64,000 bases of DNA from a virus. Every line of letters begins with the position of its first letter. The first letter of the stretch is position 1. Positions 7,397 through 17,164 of this stretch are shown here, in pieces. The translations under genes and the position numbers were made by a program. Where the stretch lies: positions 27,159 to 91,158 of the IMG/VR virus record IMGVR_UViG_3300005096_000071. One strand, 5' to 3'. The notes under the pieces were generated by a model. That model ran no database searches. It worked only from the letters and a program-made list of their open reading frames with translations, and was not told the DNA's origin.

Positions 7397-8548
7397 CTAT
7401 TGACCCCAGTCCGCGTAAGGCCCGCCCACCGTGTGACAGTAGTGATCGAGCATCCACCCCCACGGCCCCGGAGTATTTGGGAGATCGGGTCCAATGATGG
7501 CCGGATTCGTATCCCATGGGTGCCCGGCAGTGTTGGCAAGGCGGAGGAACTCCGCCCCCTCGTTTGCCATCGCGTCGGTGTGGGTGTCGCCCGGGTTGAA
7601 CGGTGGGACCGTGCGCCCTTCCCCGAAGTCGCAAAGGAACGCGAAGTTGCCAGCGGCGACCATGTCGATCGCTAGATTTGTGCTTGGGAGCAGAAAGTCA
7701 TAGCAGGTGCTCGTTCCGGGGCCGCAGTACTGGTCGGGCTCTCCGCCGTGTAGCACAATTGCGGCAACCGTTCCAAGCGGCACCATGGGATCGCCGAATG
7801 CGATCCCTCCAGACCATATCGCCGCACCCGCAAGATCGTCGCGCTCGGTCATCAGGTAGCTCGACATGATAGCGCCAGCTGACGCGCCACCAGTCGTGAT
7901 CCGAGTCGGGTCGTATTGCCCCGACATACACGAGAGGACCGCATCCATCAAAAGAAAATCGTCGGGTCGGTCGGTCTGTTCCACTGGGTTGTCGTGGTCC
8001 CCGGTGATCCACCAAGGGAACGGGTTGAGGGCGAACCCCTCTTCGGCCGAGAGTGATGGATCACGACCTCCAACGGCTTCGGGGTCGGCTTCGGGAATCA
8101 CAAAGATCCCACCCTCTGCTGCAACCATCGATCGTGTCGCGGCAGCGGACCCCCAAGGAAGCACGAGCGCAACCGTTCCATTCGTGCCGTACCAGTGGAA
8201 CGAAATCGGGCCGCCGACGCCGCTGATCTCGATAAACGCATCGCGGCAGGGAAGTCCGTCGCCGCAAAAAGTGTTCATGCCGTCGACGATCGACGCGGGG
8301 CAGTCGAACGCAAGGTCGTCACCTCCGGAGCTAGAACCTCCTTCGAGATCAAGCGGTGTCCCAGATCCGGTCGAGGGACCGCCCATAGTGTCGGAGCCCG
8401 TTGCCGGGTCCTCACAGAGACACACGCAACCCGGAGGGCAGATGTCATCGACGCGAAAGGTAGCGTCCTCGACGCGGGCGGACACGTCGATGCAAGCGGT
8501 GGGAAGGAGGCCAAAGGCGGCCATGATAATGGACTGTGCGCTGTTCAT
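7397..8548 (-). CDS. Lipoprotein alpha/beta-hydrolase (PHB depolymerase/LpqC-like esterase)
   Basis: LPTAC lipobox, Ser/Gly/Thr linker, DPTRITTGGASAGA nucleophile elbow, LHGGEPD, late His. Confidence 0.75.
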   Translation of the reverse strand: MNSAQSIIMAAFGLLPTACIDVSARVEDATFRVDDICPPGCVCLCEDPATGSDTMGGPSTGSGTPLDLEGGSSSGGDDLAFDCPASIVDGMNTFCGDGLPCRDAFIEISGVGGPISFHWYGTNGTVALVLPWGSAAATRSMVAAEGGIFVIPEADPEAVGGRDPSLSAEEGFALNPFPWWITGDHDNPVEQTDRPDDFLLMDAVLSCMSGQYDPTRITTGGASAGAIMSSYLMTERDDLAGAAIWSGGIAFGDPMVPLGTVAAIVLHGGEPDQYCGPGTSTCYDFLLPSTNLAIDMVAAGNFAFLCDFGEGRTVPPFNPGDTHTDAMANEGAEFLRLANTAGHPWDTNPAIIGPDLPNTPGPWGWMLDHYCHTVGGPYADWGQ

Positions 8549-8616
8549 TTCGCCTTAGTTGGTATCAGATTTAGCGTCGTGGCAGCAAGACGCCGTTCGA
8601 GCCTGCGCCTCGTCTG

Positions 8617-8922
8617 TCACTGCCATTCTGTCCCGTCCCAGTACTTGCCGTAGCTCCACCGGAGCGATTCCCCCATGTCCCAGACCTCGACCCCCCCGTA
8701 GTTATCGATCCCGGTGTTCGGGAAGTACCCGAACTCGAACAGGGCCTCCCGGAGCGCCTCGCACCACTCCTCGGGGTGGTGGTGCTGGCCGACCCGCACC
8801 TTAGCCGCGACCTCGTGGCCGTGCCAAAGGAAGGGGACGTGGAGCAGCACGTAGGGAACGCCCTGCCGCGTACAGTGCGACGTTGTTACCGGCCCGTCGG
8901 GGCGTTCGAGTTCGGTCGTCAC
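8617..8922 (-). CDS. Hypothetical protein
   Basis: GTGA-coupled ORF. Confidence 0.6.
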   Translation of the reverse strand: MTTELERPDGPVTTSHCTRQGVPYVLLHVPFLWHGHEVAAKVRVGQHHHPEEWCEALREALFEFGYFPNTGIDNYGGVEVWDMGESLRWSYGKYWDGTEWQ

Positions 8923-9086
8923 AGGAACCTCTGTCGGGTTGGCGTCTCTGCAATGAAGTCGCGCCCCGCGAGCCAACGCTTTCGCATCCGCTCGCATTGC
9001 ACCGTGGCTTGCCGCCGCAGCATATCCGACCGTTCGAGCTTGCGGCGGAGTTCATCGATCACCGCTTGCTGCTGATCGATTGTCAT
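8919..9086 (-). CDS. Small coiled-coil protein
   Basis: ATGA-coupled ORF. Confidence 0.55.
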   Translation of the reverse strand: MTIDQQQAVIDELRRKLERSDMLRRQATVQCERMRKRWLAGRDFIAETPTRQRFL

Positions 9087-9484
9087 TGCGCAGTGCTCGG
9101 GATGAGGGCGAGGACGACATCGGGGACGGTCCACACGCCCTGCCGTCCCTTGCAGGGAACCGGCTCGATCCTCCGTGGGGCGCGGAAGATCCACCGCCAC
9201 GACTCCGGATCTGAAAAGGGGCAGATCGTGGTGAGCTTGCACCGCGGCCCGATCGCCGCATCGAGGATCGCAGTCCCGACGATCACCCCGCGTGGCCTCA
9301 TGTAGGGCCAGGGCTCATCGTCCGGGGCGGTGAGCCCTGGAGGTGTCCACCGGGTGAGGCCGGCATGGATCGCGACCCGCTGGCCGACGAGCCCAGCGTG
9401 GGGCCGCCAACTTCGGTTCTCGCAGATCTTGCGGCCCACGATGATGAGATCCGCGAACGGTTGCCAGATTGTGATAGCTCTCAC
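9083..9484 (-). CDS. ASCH domain protein
   Basis: AITIWQPFADLII.G.K..ENRSW, IHAG, GVIVG, KGRQGVW. Confidence 0.9.
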   Translation of the reverse strand: MRAITIWQPFADLIIVGRKICENRSWRPHAGLVGQRVAIHAGLTRWTPPGLTAPDDEPWPYMRPRGVIVGTAILDAAIGPRCKLTTICPFSDPESWRWIFRAPRRIEPVPCKGRQGVWTVPDVVLALIPSTAQ

Positions 9485-9485
9485 G

Positions 9486-9713
9486 TTAGGTTCCTCTGGC
9501 TCGTTTCTCGACGGCCCGGTTCAGCGACTCACCCATCGCGGTGCCTAGGTGGTGGGTCCAGGCGAGGAACCGCGCCATGCTGGGGCCACGCGAGGCGTAG
9601 CGCCTGAATCCAAGCCGCTGCGCGAGTTTCTTCGCGATCCTTCGCGGCCGTTTCCTTCGTGGAGCCAGAGGGTCGCGGCTCCGCCTGTGTGCTCCAAACC
9701 GTCGTTTGGTCAC
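9486..9713 (-). CDS. Small basic protein
   Basis: Fills the operon gap, coupled start. Confidence 0.45.
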   Translation of the reverse strand: MTKRRFGAHRRSRDPLAPRRKRPRRIAKKLAQRLGFRRYASRGPSMARFLAWTHHLGTAMGESLNRAVEKRARGT

Positions 9714-10042
9714 AGCTGGACCATCCCCAGCGCGAGCCCGCGAGCGAGGAGCGCCGCCGAGACCCGATCTTGCTCGTGGTCGACAAAGTAGGGCTTCCCG
9801 GTGGCCTTGCGCAGTGTGGCGCGCTGCTTAGCGAACAGCCGATCGAGCCTGGCGATAGCCCCCGCGTCCTTCGACGCGGCGTGCTGGCGCCGGTAGGGAC
9901 ACGGCAACCGCGAGATCGTGAGCCCATGCCGCGCTACGGTCGCGCGGGTCGGCTTCAGGTTGTGGAAGCCCACGCCGGAGATCTCCTCTGGGAGTGCGGG
10001 GTTGAGGGTCCGCCCGTGGGCGGTGCGCCTGACCGCGTTCAT
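9710..10042 (-). CDS. Hypothetical protein
   Basis: Coupled ORF. Confidence 0.6.
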   Translation of the reverse strand: MNAVRRTAHGRTLNPALPEEISGVGFHNLKPTRATVARHGLTISRLPCPYRRQHAASKDAGAIARLDRLFAKQRATLRKATGKPYFVDHEQDRVSAALLARGLALGMVQL

Positions 10043-10302
10043 CGGTCTCGCCCCGTCTGACCGCCGACCCCGAAGCCGTTGGGGTTGTCGTCACCGGTGG
10101 GCGGTGTGGTGCGTAGCCAGACGACGATCTGGCTACCGCCGGCGTCGAGGAACCCGCGGTGGGGCTTTGCGTCGCTGGGGACGCCGTCGGGGCGGGGGGA
10201 TCCCCACTCCTGGGCAACATCCCACTCTTGGATGTCGTGGAGCGGCCGCCCGGTGAAAACACAGCGGCCGGCGTTGGGGAGGGTGCGGGTTGGCGTCGTC
10301 AT
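10039..10302 (-). CDS. Hypothetical protein, first gene of leftward island
   Basis: ATG 9 nt after TACGTT of the conserved promoter. Confidence 0.6.
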   Translation of the reverse strand: MTTPTRTLPNAGRCVFTGRPLHDIQEWDVAQEWGSPRPDGVPSDAKPHRGFLDAGGSQIVVWLRTTPPTGDDNPNGFGVGGQTGRDR

Positions 10303-10311
10303 TGCCCGAGC

Positions 10312-10354
10312 AACGTACACGCCGCGGGTGACCCGTGCAACCTGAAAAGTGCAC
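10312..10354 (-). promoter_or_regulatory. Conserved promoter GTGCAC-N8-TTGCAC-N17-TACGTT
   Basis: Member of the repeated family. Confidence 0.75.
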
Positions 10355-10390
10355 GATGCCACAGTGCGCGTTCTGCGGTAGCCTGGGCTC

Positions 10391-11029
10391 ATGGCGACCC
10401 TTGTCCTGCGCGGCCCGCACGAACTGCAGGGCGCGATCATGGCGCTGGAGCGCGAGGCTACCAAGGCGGTGGAGCGATCCCTGGTGCGGGCGGGCCAGTA
10501 TGGCCGGACCGTCATGCAGGCGCTCACGAAGCGCCAGGACGCGCGTGGCTCCGGGGCCTACGGAGCCAGCTTCATCACCGAAAGGATCAAGGGCGGCGCG
10601 ATGATCACGAACACGGCGCGGCACTCGCTGTTCGTCGAACGGGGCCGGCGTCCGGGTCGGGCCCCTCCGCTCGATCCGATCATCGAGTGGGTGAAGGCCA
10701 AAGGGTTCGCAAAGACGGCGCTAAAGAAAGCCCGCCAGCGTCGGCGCGCGGCCTCGGGCAAGTCCAGGGTCCGGCGAAAGCCAGGCCCGAAAAAGATGAA
10801 GGGCCGGATCAAGGGCGCCCGGATCCCGCGGAAGCCGTCCGCCGCTACGGCCCGGTACCTCCGGCTGTTCAGCCATCAGATCGCGCGGCGGGTCCAGCGG
10901 AAGATCGCGAAGCGCGGCACGAAACCCCACTGGATCTTCAAGCGCTCGCTGCCGAAGATCGCGAAGAAAGCCAAGCAGCTGAGCAAGCAGGAACTGCGCA
11001 AGGTGTTCAGGTCCCCGCCGAGGAAGTAG
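10391..11029 (+). CDS. HK97 gp10-like tail/neck completion protein
   Basis: Basic; N.A.HS.FVE.GRRPG..PP..PI.EW and GTKPHWIF motifs; precedes terminator and sheath. Confidence 0.75.
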   Translation: MATLVLRGPHELQGAIMALEREATKAVERSLVRAGQYGRTVMQALTKRQDARGSGAYGASFITERIKGGAMITNTARHSLFVERGRRPGRAPPLDPIIEWVKAKGFAKTALKKARQRRRAASGKSRVRRKPGPKKMKGRIKGARIPRKPSAATARYLRLFSHQIARRVQRKIAKRGTKPHWIFKRSLPKIAKKAKQLSKQELRKVFRSPPRK

Positions 11030-11039
11030 GATTACCGCG

Positions 11040-11891
11040 ATGGCTGAGGGCTCGACATTCATCCGCCGCCCGCGTGTCGCTGTGGATGGCGCAATTGAGG
11101 AGCCCGGCCGGTTCGCTCGCGATGGCGTCCTGCGGGTCGGGCCCGCTGGCGACACGGCGATCGTGGCCCAGCGCGACGGGACAGAGAAACTTGTCCCGAA
11201 CCCGCAGGACCAAACGCAATTCGCCGCGGGGCTCACACCGGTCCAGCAAGACCGCACCCTTGACTCGTCGAGCGCGATGCAGATCGGTCTGTACTCGATG
11301 CTTCGCAACATGCGTGCGTGGCGCATTGGACTCGACGATCTCATGAGGGAGGGCGACCTTCAGGCGTCGTCCTTCGAGTTGGCCCGCGTGTTCTTCGACT
11401 GGCCGCGTCAGGAAGATGCGATCGACCCGATGCCGTCGGCCACCATCACCCTCCCAGAGGAGGAGGTGTACGGCCACCAGGGCATCGGCGGAGGCGTCAT
11501 CCTGGAGGAGACCGCCGACCAGTGGGGGCCAGGCACGATCCTAAAAAAGACAGCGCACGCGACCACCACACTCAACCTGGTGATCTGGAGCGCCCACAAA
11601 GAGGAGCGCCGCGGGTTGAAGAAAGCACTACAGCGCGTGTTCCTGACCGAGCCGCACGAGGAGATGAGCGGCCGGCGTGTCGTCGTCCCGCAGTACTTTG
11701 ACCGAGTCGCGCGGTTCGAGTTGCTTGGCATCCGCTACGATGATGGCCAAGAAAGTGCACAATCAAACGAGTGGATCCTGGTAGCTCGGTTCGCCGCCGA
11801 CATCGACGTGGTCGACCTCGTGACGCGGCCGCCGTACATGCAGCAGCCGGCGATTGCGGTCACTGCAACCTCCGCCCCCGACGACTGCTGA
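11040..11891 (+). CDS. Putative tail terminator/completion protein
   Basis: Position directly before sheath; PSATI and L.LVIWS patterns. Confidence 0.6.
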   Translation: MAEGSTFIRRPRVAVDGAIEEPGRFARDGVLRVGPAGDTAIVAQRDGTEKLVPNPQDQTQFAAGLTPVQQDRTLDSSSAMQIGLYSMLRNMRAWRIGLDDLMREGDLQASSFELARVFFDWPRQEDAIDPMPSATITLPEEEVYGHQGIGGGVILEETADQWGPGTILKKTAHATTTLNLVIWSAHKEERRGLKKALQRVFLTEPHEEMSGRRVVVPQYFDRVARFELLGIRYDDGQESAQSNEWILVARFAADIDVVDLVTRPPYMQQPAIAVTATSAPDDC

Positions 11892-11960
11892 CGCGTTCGT
11901 CCGAGGTGGTGTTATGCTCAGCGCACCACATCCACTGCACCCACTGCAGGAGAGACGAGC

Positions 11961-14495
11961 ATGGCGGGCTTCAAGCGAGTATTTCGAACCTTCCCCGGCT
12001 TCGATGTTCTGACGAACATCGAGTCCGTCAACATCATCGACATCACGCCACCCGGCCGGATCGTCGGCACCGGCACCGGCACCGTGCTGCTTGTCGCCGA
12101 GTTCGAGCGCGGAGGATTCACTCCGCGCGAGGTCTTTGGCCCGACGGACCTGCAGACCAACTACGGGTCTCTGGGGCACGCGACGGTCACGAGCCAGTAT
12201 GACGGCGCGGTAGCTCGTCGCTCGGGTGGTGATGAGGTGTGGAACGGTAACGGCTTCATCTGGCTGAGAAACAAGCGCTTCAGTCGGCTGGTGATCCAGC
12301 GCGTCGACAACTCCGGGGGCTCGGTCGCGTTCTCGCGGCTTGCTTGCCTCACCAGTGACGCAGTCGCACCGATCACGGGCGTGGTCACGGGTGACACTAT
12401 CGAGTTCACCCGCAACGGCTCAGTGGCCGTCACCGCCACTCTCGTCGGGAACCCTGGCGTGATTGCTGGCACCGGCGGCACCTTTCCGACGCTGTTCACC
12501 GGTGGTGAAACGCTGGAGCTTCGCGTCGACGCGGACTCCACTCGGGTGATCGTCTTCACCGCGGCCGATCAAACCCGCGACAACGTCCGGGACCGGATCA
12601 ACGCAACGCTGGCCCAGACCGTCGGAGTCGCCAACGCGACCGAAATCGATTTCCAGTCAGTCATCGGCGGGACCGATGGCCGCATTGAGATCGTGGGCGG
12701 CACCGGCGTGGCGACGATCGGCCATGTGGCCACCGCCGTTGCTCAGGTCTCGACCGGAACGGTCACCGCGAACGCCACGGGCGGTCCCTTCACAGTCCGC
12801 GTCAACCGGTTCACCGCTGGCGTTTCGACTGACTACGATCGCTCGTACACCGCCGGCGGTGGCGACACCACCACACAGGTGCGGGACGGTCTCCTCGCCG
12901 CGTACACGGCCGACCCGATCCCGGGGATCACGGTCACCGCTGGAGCTGGTGCCACGCTGGTATACACCGCGGCGATCAATATCCTGTTCACTCCAACGGT
13001 CACGGCTGAACCGAACGTCGGCGAGTTGACTTTCGCGGCTACGACCACCGGCGTGGTCACAGTCGACGAGGGCGACGGCAACGTCCCGAACGTGGCCGAG
13101 ATCGAGATCTCCGACGCGGTCTCGCTCCTCGACGCGCTCGCTGGCATCACCGCCGACGTCGACAACGACGGCAACATGCGGGCGTGTAACTCGGGCACCC
13201 CGGCCACCGGCACCCTGCAGGGCACTGGCGGCACCGCACTAACGGCGTTCGGGTTCGACCTCACCACGCTGGCCGACGCGGCCGACGCGGCCGACGTCAC
13301 CATCCTCGCCGGCACGCGGGTCCAGGACTCCAGCGCGACCGGGACCATATGGGTCACCATCGAGGACATCGAGACCGGCACCGCGGGGGGTTCATGGTCG
13401 GCACGTGTCCGGCCGTGGGCCGACACCGACACCGCGCTGGCAACGTCGATCGGCAACGCGACGATCGTCCTCGACACGCTCCCCGATGGGTTCAGTGTGA
13501 CGAACGCAGCGGCGATCACTCGGCTCACGCAGTCGCAGATCGAGGGCCGCTACCGCACAGCCCTGGAGTCCACACTCGACCAATCGAGCGATGCGTTCCA
13601 GGCCAACATGGTGTGCTCCGCTCGGTCGTCCGAGTCGCTCATGCGCTACGTTCGCCAGAACGCGCTCGACGCAACCCGGCAGGGCATGTTCGCCCGCAAG
13701 GCTGTGATTCGTCCGCCCCTCGGGACCTCGCGGACTGACCTCCGCGCGTCGACCGGTGTCGGCGTAGCGAACACGACGATCGGTCGCGACGAGCGCGTCC
13801 TGTACTGCGGGATCGGATTCACGACTCAGATCCCGGAGATCCAGGAGGTCGGCACCAACGGCGGAATCGGGTTCACCTCCGACGGGATCATCGAGGTCGG
13901 CAGCGATGGGTTCTATGCCTCCGTTCGCTCGATCCTCAACCCCGAGGAGAACGCGGGCCAGCGGCTGACCGACACCAACGTGGAGGGGATCAACGTACTC
14001 ACCCTGGAGGACGCGTACAACACCGCGGAGGGCGGTGTTGCGCTCACAGAGGACGACTACATCTCGTTCAAGGCGAACGGGATCATCGCGGCACGGTTCG
14101 ACCGGCAGAGCGGCGCGATCTTTCAGTCCGACGTGACCAGCGTCGATCCATTGGTGGAGAGCGTGAAGGCCGACGGCAACCGCCGGTTCTTCGCTGACTT
14201 CATCATCGACACCCTCGGTGAGACGGGGCTGAAGTACGTCAAAAAGCTCCAGACCCCCAACCGTCGCCGGGCGATGCTCAGCGAACTGAGCGGGTTCCTG
14301 CGGCTGCTCAAGTCGGAGAATCAACCCGAGACTTCGCGCTTGCTCGCATACAGCATCCGCGACGACACGACCCGAGAACAGCGCGAGATCGGGATCATGG
14401 TCGTTGTCGTGCGGGTGAAGATGCACCCCGATATCAAGGCGCTCGTTTACCGGGTCGAGGTCGGTACTACCGTCCAGATCGAAGAGGCGGCCTAA
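11961..14495 (+). CDS. Contractile tail sheath protein with large Thr/Gly-rich insertion
   Basis: Sheath-like termini (EFERG..TP.EV; RRFFADFI; C-terminal beta strands), SD AGGAG, followed by tube-sized gene. Confidence 0.85.
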   Translation: MAGFKRVFRTFPGFDVLTNIESVNIIDITPPGRIVGTGTGTVLLVAEFERGGFTPREVFGPTDLQTNYGSLGHATVTSQYDGAVARRSGGDEVWNGNGFIWLRNKRFSRLVIQRVDNSGGSVAFSRLACLTSDAVAPITGVVTGDTIEFTRNGSVAVTATLVGNPGVIAGTGGTFPTLFTGGETLELRVDADSTRVIVFTAADQTRDNVRDRINATLAQTVGVANATEIDFQSVIGGTDGRIEIVGGTGVATIGHVATAVAQVSTGTVTANATGGPFTVRVNRFTAGVSTDYDRSYTAGGGDTTTQVRDGLLAAYTADPIPGITVTAGAGATLVYTAAINILFTPTVTAEPNVGELTFAATTTGVVTVDEGDGNVPNVAEIEISDAVSLLDALAGITADVDNDGNMRACNSGTPATGTLQGTGGTALTAFGFDLTTLADAADAADVTILAGTRVQDSSATGTIWVTIEDIETGTAGGSWSARVRPWADTDTALATSIGNATIVLDTLPDGFSVTNAAAITRLTQSQIEGRYRTALESTLDQSSDAFQANMVCSARSSESLMRYVRQNALDATRQGMFARKAVIRPPLGTSRTDLRASTGVGVANTTIGRDERVLYCGIGFTTQIPEIQEVGTNGGIGFTSDGIIEVGSDGFYASVRSILNPEENAGQRLTDTNVEGINVLTLEDAYNTAEGGVALTEDDYISFKANGIIAARFDRQSGAIFQSDVTSVDPLVESVKADGNRRFFADFIIDTLGETGLKYVKKLQTPNRRRAMLSELSGFLRLLKSENQPETSRLLAYSIRDDTTREQREIGIMVVVVRVKMHPDIKALVYRVEVGTTVQIEEAA

Positions 14496-14521
14496 TCAGC
14501 CTGAAGTAGGAGGACCAACCG

Positions 14522-14956
14522 ATGCCCGAACAAAGAGTAAAAGGCCAGGAGACGATCCTGACCATCATCAAAGACGGCGAACTGCAAGCTCGGATCGACA
14601 GCATCTCCGACACGGAAACGACCTTCATGTTGGAGAGCCTGGAGGAGGACTACCTGGGGGAAACCGCCTCCCGGTACGACTCGATCTTCAAGGGCATGCG
14701 GATCCGGATCTCCGGCCACATGACGAACAAGCAGGTGATCGACTTCGCCGACACGGTGGTCGCTCGCGCGCAGCGTCGCGCCGGCGGTGCCAACCGGATC
14801 GACATGGCGACGACGTTCATCTTTCCAGGTGGCGACCTCATCACCGTCAACCTCCCGGATCTGCATTTCGCCGAGGTCCCGCTAAACACGGGCTCGCGAT
14901 CCGACTACGTCCAGTTCACGCTCGAAGGCATGACCTCCGAGTACGAGCTGCTCTAA
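14522..14956 (+). CDS. Tail tube protein
   Basis: 144 aa after sheath, SD AGGAGG, EEDYLGE motif. Confidence 0.8.
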   Translation: MPEQRVKGQETILTIIKDGELQARIDSISDTETTFMLESLEEDYLGETASRYDSIFKGMRIRISGHMTNKQVIDFADTVVARAQRRAGGANRIDMATTFIFPGGDLITVNLPDLHFAEVPLNTGSRSDYVQFTLEGMTSEYELL

Positions 14957-15300
14957 GTCTCCCCCTCCTCCTTCAAGTCGTCGTTGCTCACGAAGCCGCT
15001 CGCATCATCCGGTGCGAGCGGCTTCTTTCCGTCGAGCGCTTCGCACAAGGTAGCGAGCGGCACGAGTATCGCGCTCTGCCTGACCCATCGGTGGGCGACG
15101 CGGCGCCACTTCGTTATCCACACACGCTCGGGCCCCCACTCCTCCCGGAAGGGCTTGCGGTCCTGGACCCCGATCGCGAGTGAGCACCACCCGCCGCTGT
15201 GGCTAAGGACGTGTCGCCACAGTTCGCGCCGCCGCACAACCCCGTCGCCCTCGACCGTTCCGACGATGTCGTCGATCGTGTCGGCCTCGCCATATTTCAC
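14953..15300 (-). CDS. Hypothetical protein
   Basis: GTGA-coupled to DUF1643 gene. Confidence 0.6.
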   Translation of the reverse strand: MKYGEADTIDDIVGTVEGDGVVRRRELWRHVLSHSGGWCSLAIGVQDRKPFREEWGPERVWITKWRRVAHRWVRQSAILVPLATLCEALDGKKPLAPDDASGFVSNDDLKEEGET

Positions 15301-15797
15301 GTCGGAGCCACCCACGGGGACGGCTCCAGCGTTTTCCGCAGATAGAGCGGGTGCCAGGGCTGGCCGGCTTGCGTCGTTTTGAGGCACATCAGAGGCACGC
15401 CAATAAGGAGCCCCACCACCTCGCTGACCCGCTCCGGCCTCGCGTTCCCGCCCCACCCCAGCATGACGAGCTGGGCGCTCCTGGTTGCCACGATGATGTG
15501 CTCGTCGTTCTCCGGGCCCACTGGGTCATCGACCTGCCACAACCCCTTCGGGTCGGTAGAGCGGAGCGCGTAGAGGTTGACGATCTCCATCGAGTCGTAG
15601 CCCCACGCTCGCGAGTACCCGGCGCACCGCCGGAGCGTGGGATCCAGGACATTCTCGTCGGCCGTGCTCGGGTTCAGCATCAGCCACACGACCCGCCCGC
15701 GCCCGCCGTGCCCCCACTCCCTCCAGAGCCGGTACCGGTAGACACGAGACAAGCTGAAGATCGCCCCCTGGTCGGGCCAGATTGACGCCTGGGTCAT
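15297..15797 (-). CDS. DUF1643 family protein
   Basis: YRYRLWREW, MLNPSTA, DPTLRRC, NLYALRSTDP, GWG, P.HPLY. Confidence 0.92.
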   Translation of the reverse strand: MTQASIWPDQGAIFSLSRVYRYRLWREWGHGGRGRVVWLMLNPSTADENVLDPTLRRCAGYSRAWGYDSMEIVNLYALRSTDPKGLWQVDDPVGPENDEHIIVATRSAQLVMLGWGGNARPERVSEVVGLLIGVPLMCLKTTQAGQPWHPLYLRKTLEPSPWVAPT

Positions 15798-16645
15798 TAC
15801 GAGATCGGTGCTTCAATGAAGGGGTGGTGGCTGTACCCTTCCAGCGCGAAGTGCTTGGGCTCGAACAGTTCGAACAGGTGATCCTCCGTCGGGCACAGCT
15901 TCTCCGTGTCAACGAAGGCCGTCCGGTCGAGGGCCGCCGTCGGCATCGGCCGGGTGTCCCGGAGTAGCTGGGTCCGCGCCTGATCGACGTGATTTTTGTA
16001 CAGGTGCGCGCTGCCGAAGTTCATCACCAGCCGCCCGGGTTCGAGCCCGACCACGGCCGCGATGATGTGGGTGAGAGCCGCGTACATCACGATATTGAAC
16101 GGGACTCCGAGGAACCAGTCCGCGGACCGCTGGACCATCATCGTGTTGAGCCGCCCCCGTTGCACGTTGAATTGGTAGTACAGGTGGCACGGCGGTAGCT
16201 GCATGGCATGGATCTCCCCGGCGTTCCACGCCGACACGATGATCCGCCGGCTGTCCGGATTGGTCCGTAGCATGTGGACCGCATTGACCAGCTGGTCAAC
16301 CGTCGCCGGCCATCCACCCTCACCGGCCGCACGCCACGCTCGCCATTGCGCGCCGTAGATGGGGCCCAGTTCGCCGTCCTTCGCCCACTTGTCCCAGTAC
16401 TTCACGCCCAACCCGTGGAGACTGGCGGTGTCGGTGAACCCGTACATCATCCACGCCAGTTCTGCGATCGCCTTGGGCCACCTAACCTCCTTGGTCGTCA
16501 GGGCCGGGAACCCGTCGGCGAGGTCGCACGAGAGTTGCGGCCCCCAGACTTCAATCGTCCCCGTTCCGGTTCTGTCGTTTTGCTCGACCCCTTCGTCGAG
16601 GATTCGGGACATCACCTCCAGGTACTGCTCCTCCATCGTTGCCAT
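15797..16645 (-). CDS. thyA: Thymidylate synthase
   Basis: DRTGTGT, FP.LTTK, LGPIYGAQWR, SRRIIVSAWN, LPPCH, QRSAD..LGVPFN, HLYKNH. Confidence 0.97.
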   Translation of the reverse strand: MATMEEQYLEVMSRILDEGVEQNDRTGTGTIEVWGPQLSCDLADGFPALTTKEVRWPKAIAELAWMMYGFTDTASLHGLGVKYWDKWAKDGELGPIYGAQWRAWRAAGEGGWPATVDQLVNAVHMLRTNPDSRRIIVSAWNAGEIHAMQLPPCHLYYQFNVQRGRLNTMMVQRSADWFLGVPFNIVMYAALTHIIAAVVGLEPGRLVMNFGSAHLYKNHVDQARTQLLRDTRPMPTAALDRTAFVDTEKLCPTEDHLFELFEPKHFALEGYSHHPFIEAPIS

Positions 16646-16943
16646 CGTCTGCGCTCACTCCTGCCGGCTCTGCCGGCGGCTGGGGTTTAGGCGGTGTCAA
16701 CTCGGCTTTGGGCGCGGGCTCCACCGGGGGCGCCTCTGCGGTAGGGGACGCGGTGGCCCACCCGAGAGACGCAACTGTGCCGGGAGAGCACCCAGCGGCA
16801 CGGAGCGCCAACGACATCGCTTGGCGTCCCTGTCGGGACACGGCGCGCGGGTGGACGCAGTAAGTCTCGCCGGCCTCGACCGCCGCAGTCACGGCGGCCG
16901 CTTGCTCTTTGGTGGCCGGGAGAGTGATCGGAATGTGCTTCAT
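16551..16943 (-). CDS. Hypothetical Pro-rich protein
   Basis: ATG 7 nt after TACCCT; 3' end overlaps thyA. Confidence 0.5.
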   Translation of the reverse strand: MKHIPITLPATKEQAAAVTAAVEAGETYCVHPRAVSRQGRQAMSLALRAAGCSPGTVASLGWATASPTAEAPPVEPAPKAELTPPKPQPPAEPAGVSADDGNDGGAVPGGDVPNPRRRGRAKRQNRNGDD

Positions 16944-17164
16944 GCGGCCAAGGGTACTACGCGGAACGACACGGTCGCCCGCAGGTAGCCGCGTGTCGCG
17001 GCAAAGTTCCGCCGCACCTCGGACTCCGTCGCCCACCCGCGGAAGGCTGAGCCGCGTGCGATGTTCTTCCCGTTCGGCGCGACGAGCCTCCATTGCCAGC
17101 GGCCGCTCCGCATCTGGTAGTAGACGACGGTGGCCCGCGTGGGCTTGGCCCGCCTGCGGCTCAT
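16940..17164 (-). CDS. YegP/DUF1508-like protein
   Basis: G.WQWRLVAPNGKNIA.G. Confidence 0.8.
   Translation of the reverse strand: MSRRRAKPTRATVVYYQMRSGRWQWRLVAPNGKNIARGSAFRGWATESEVRRNFAATRGYLRATVSFRVVPLAA

Noticed and set aside
10159-11346. Long alternative-frame and antisense ORFs (e.g. 10159-11346, 13392-14426, 16909-18036, 43975-44913)
   Set aside because: Arg/Pro/Gly-rich shadow ORFs expected in high-GC DNA overlapping well-supported genes.
15797-16645. dCMP/dUMP hydroxymethylase for a hypermodified base
   Set aside because: Motifs match canonical ThyA, including the dUMP-specifying Asn; no glycosyltransferase or kinase partners seen.
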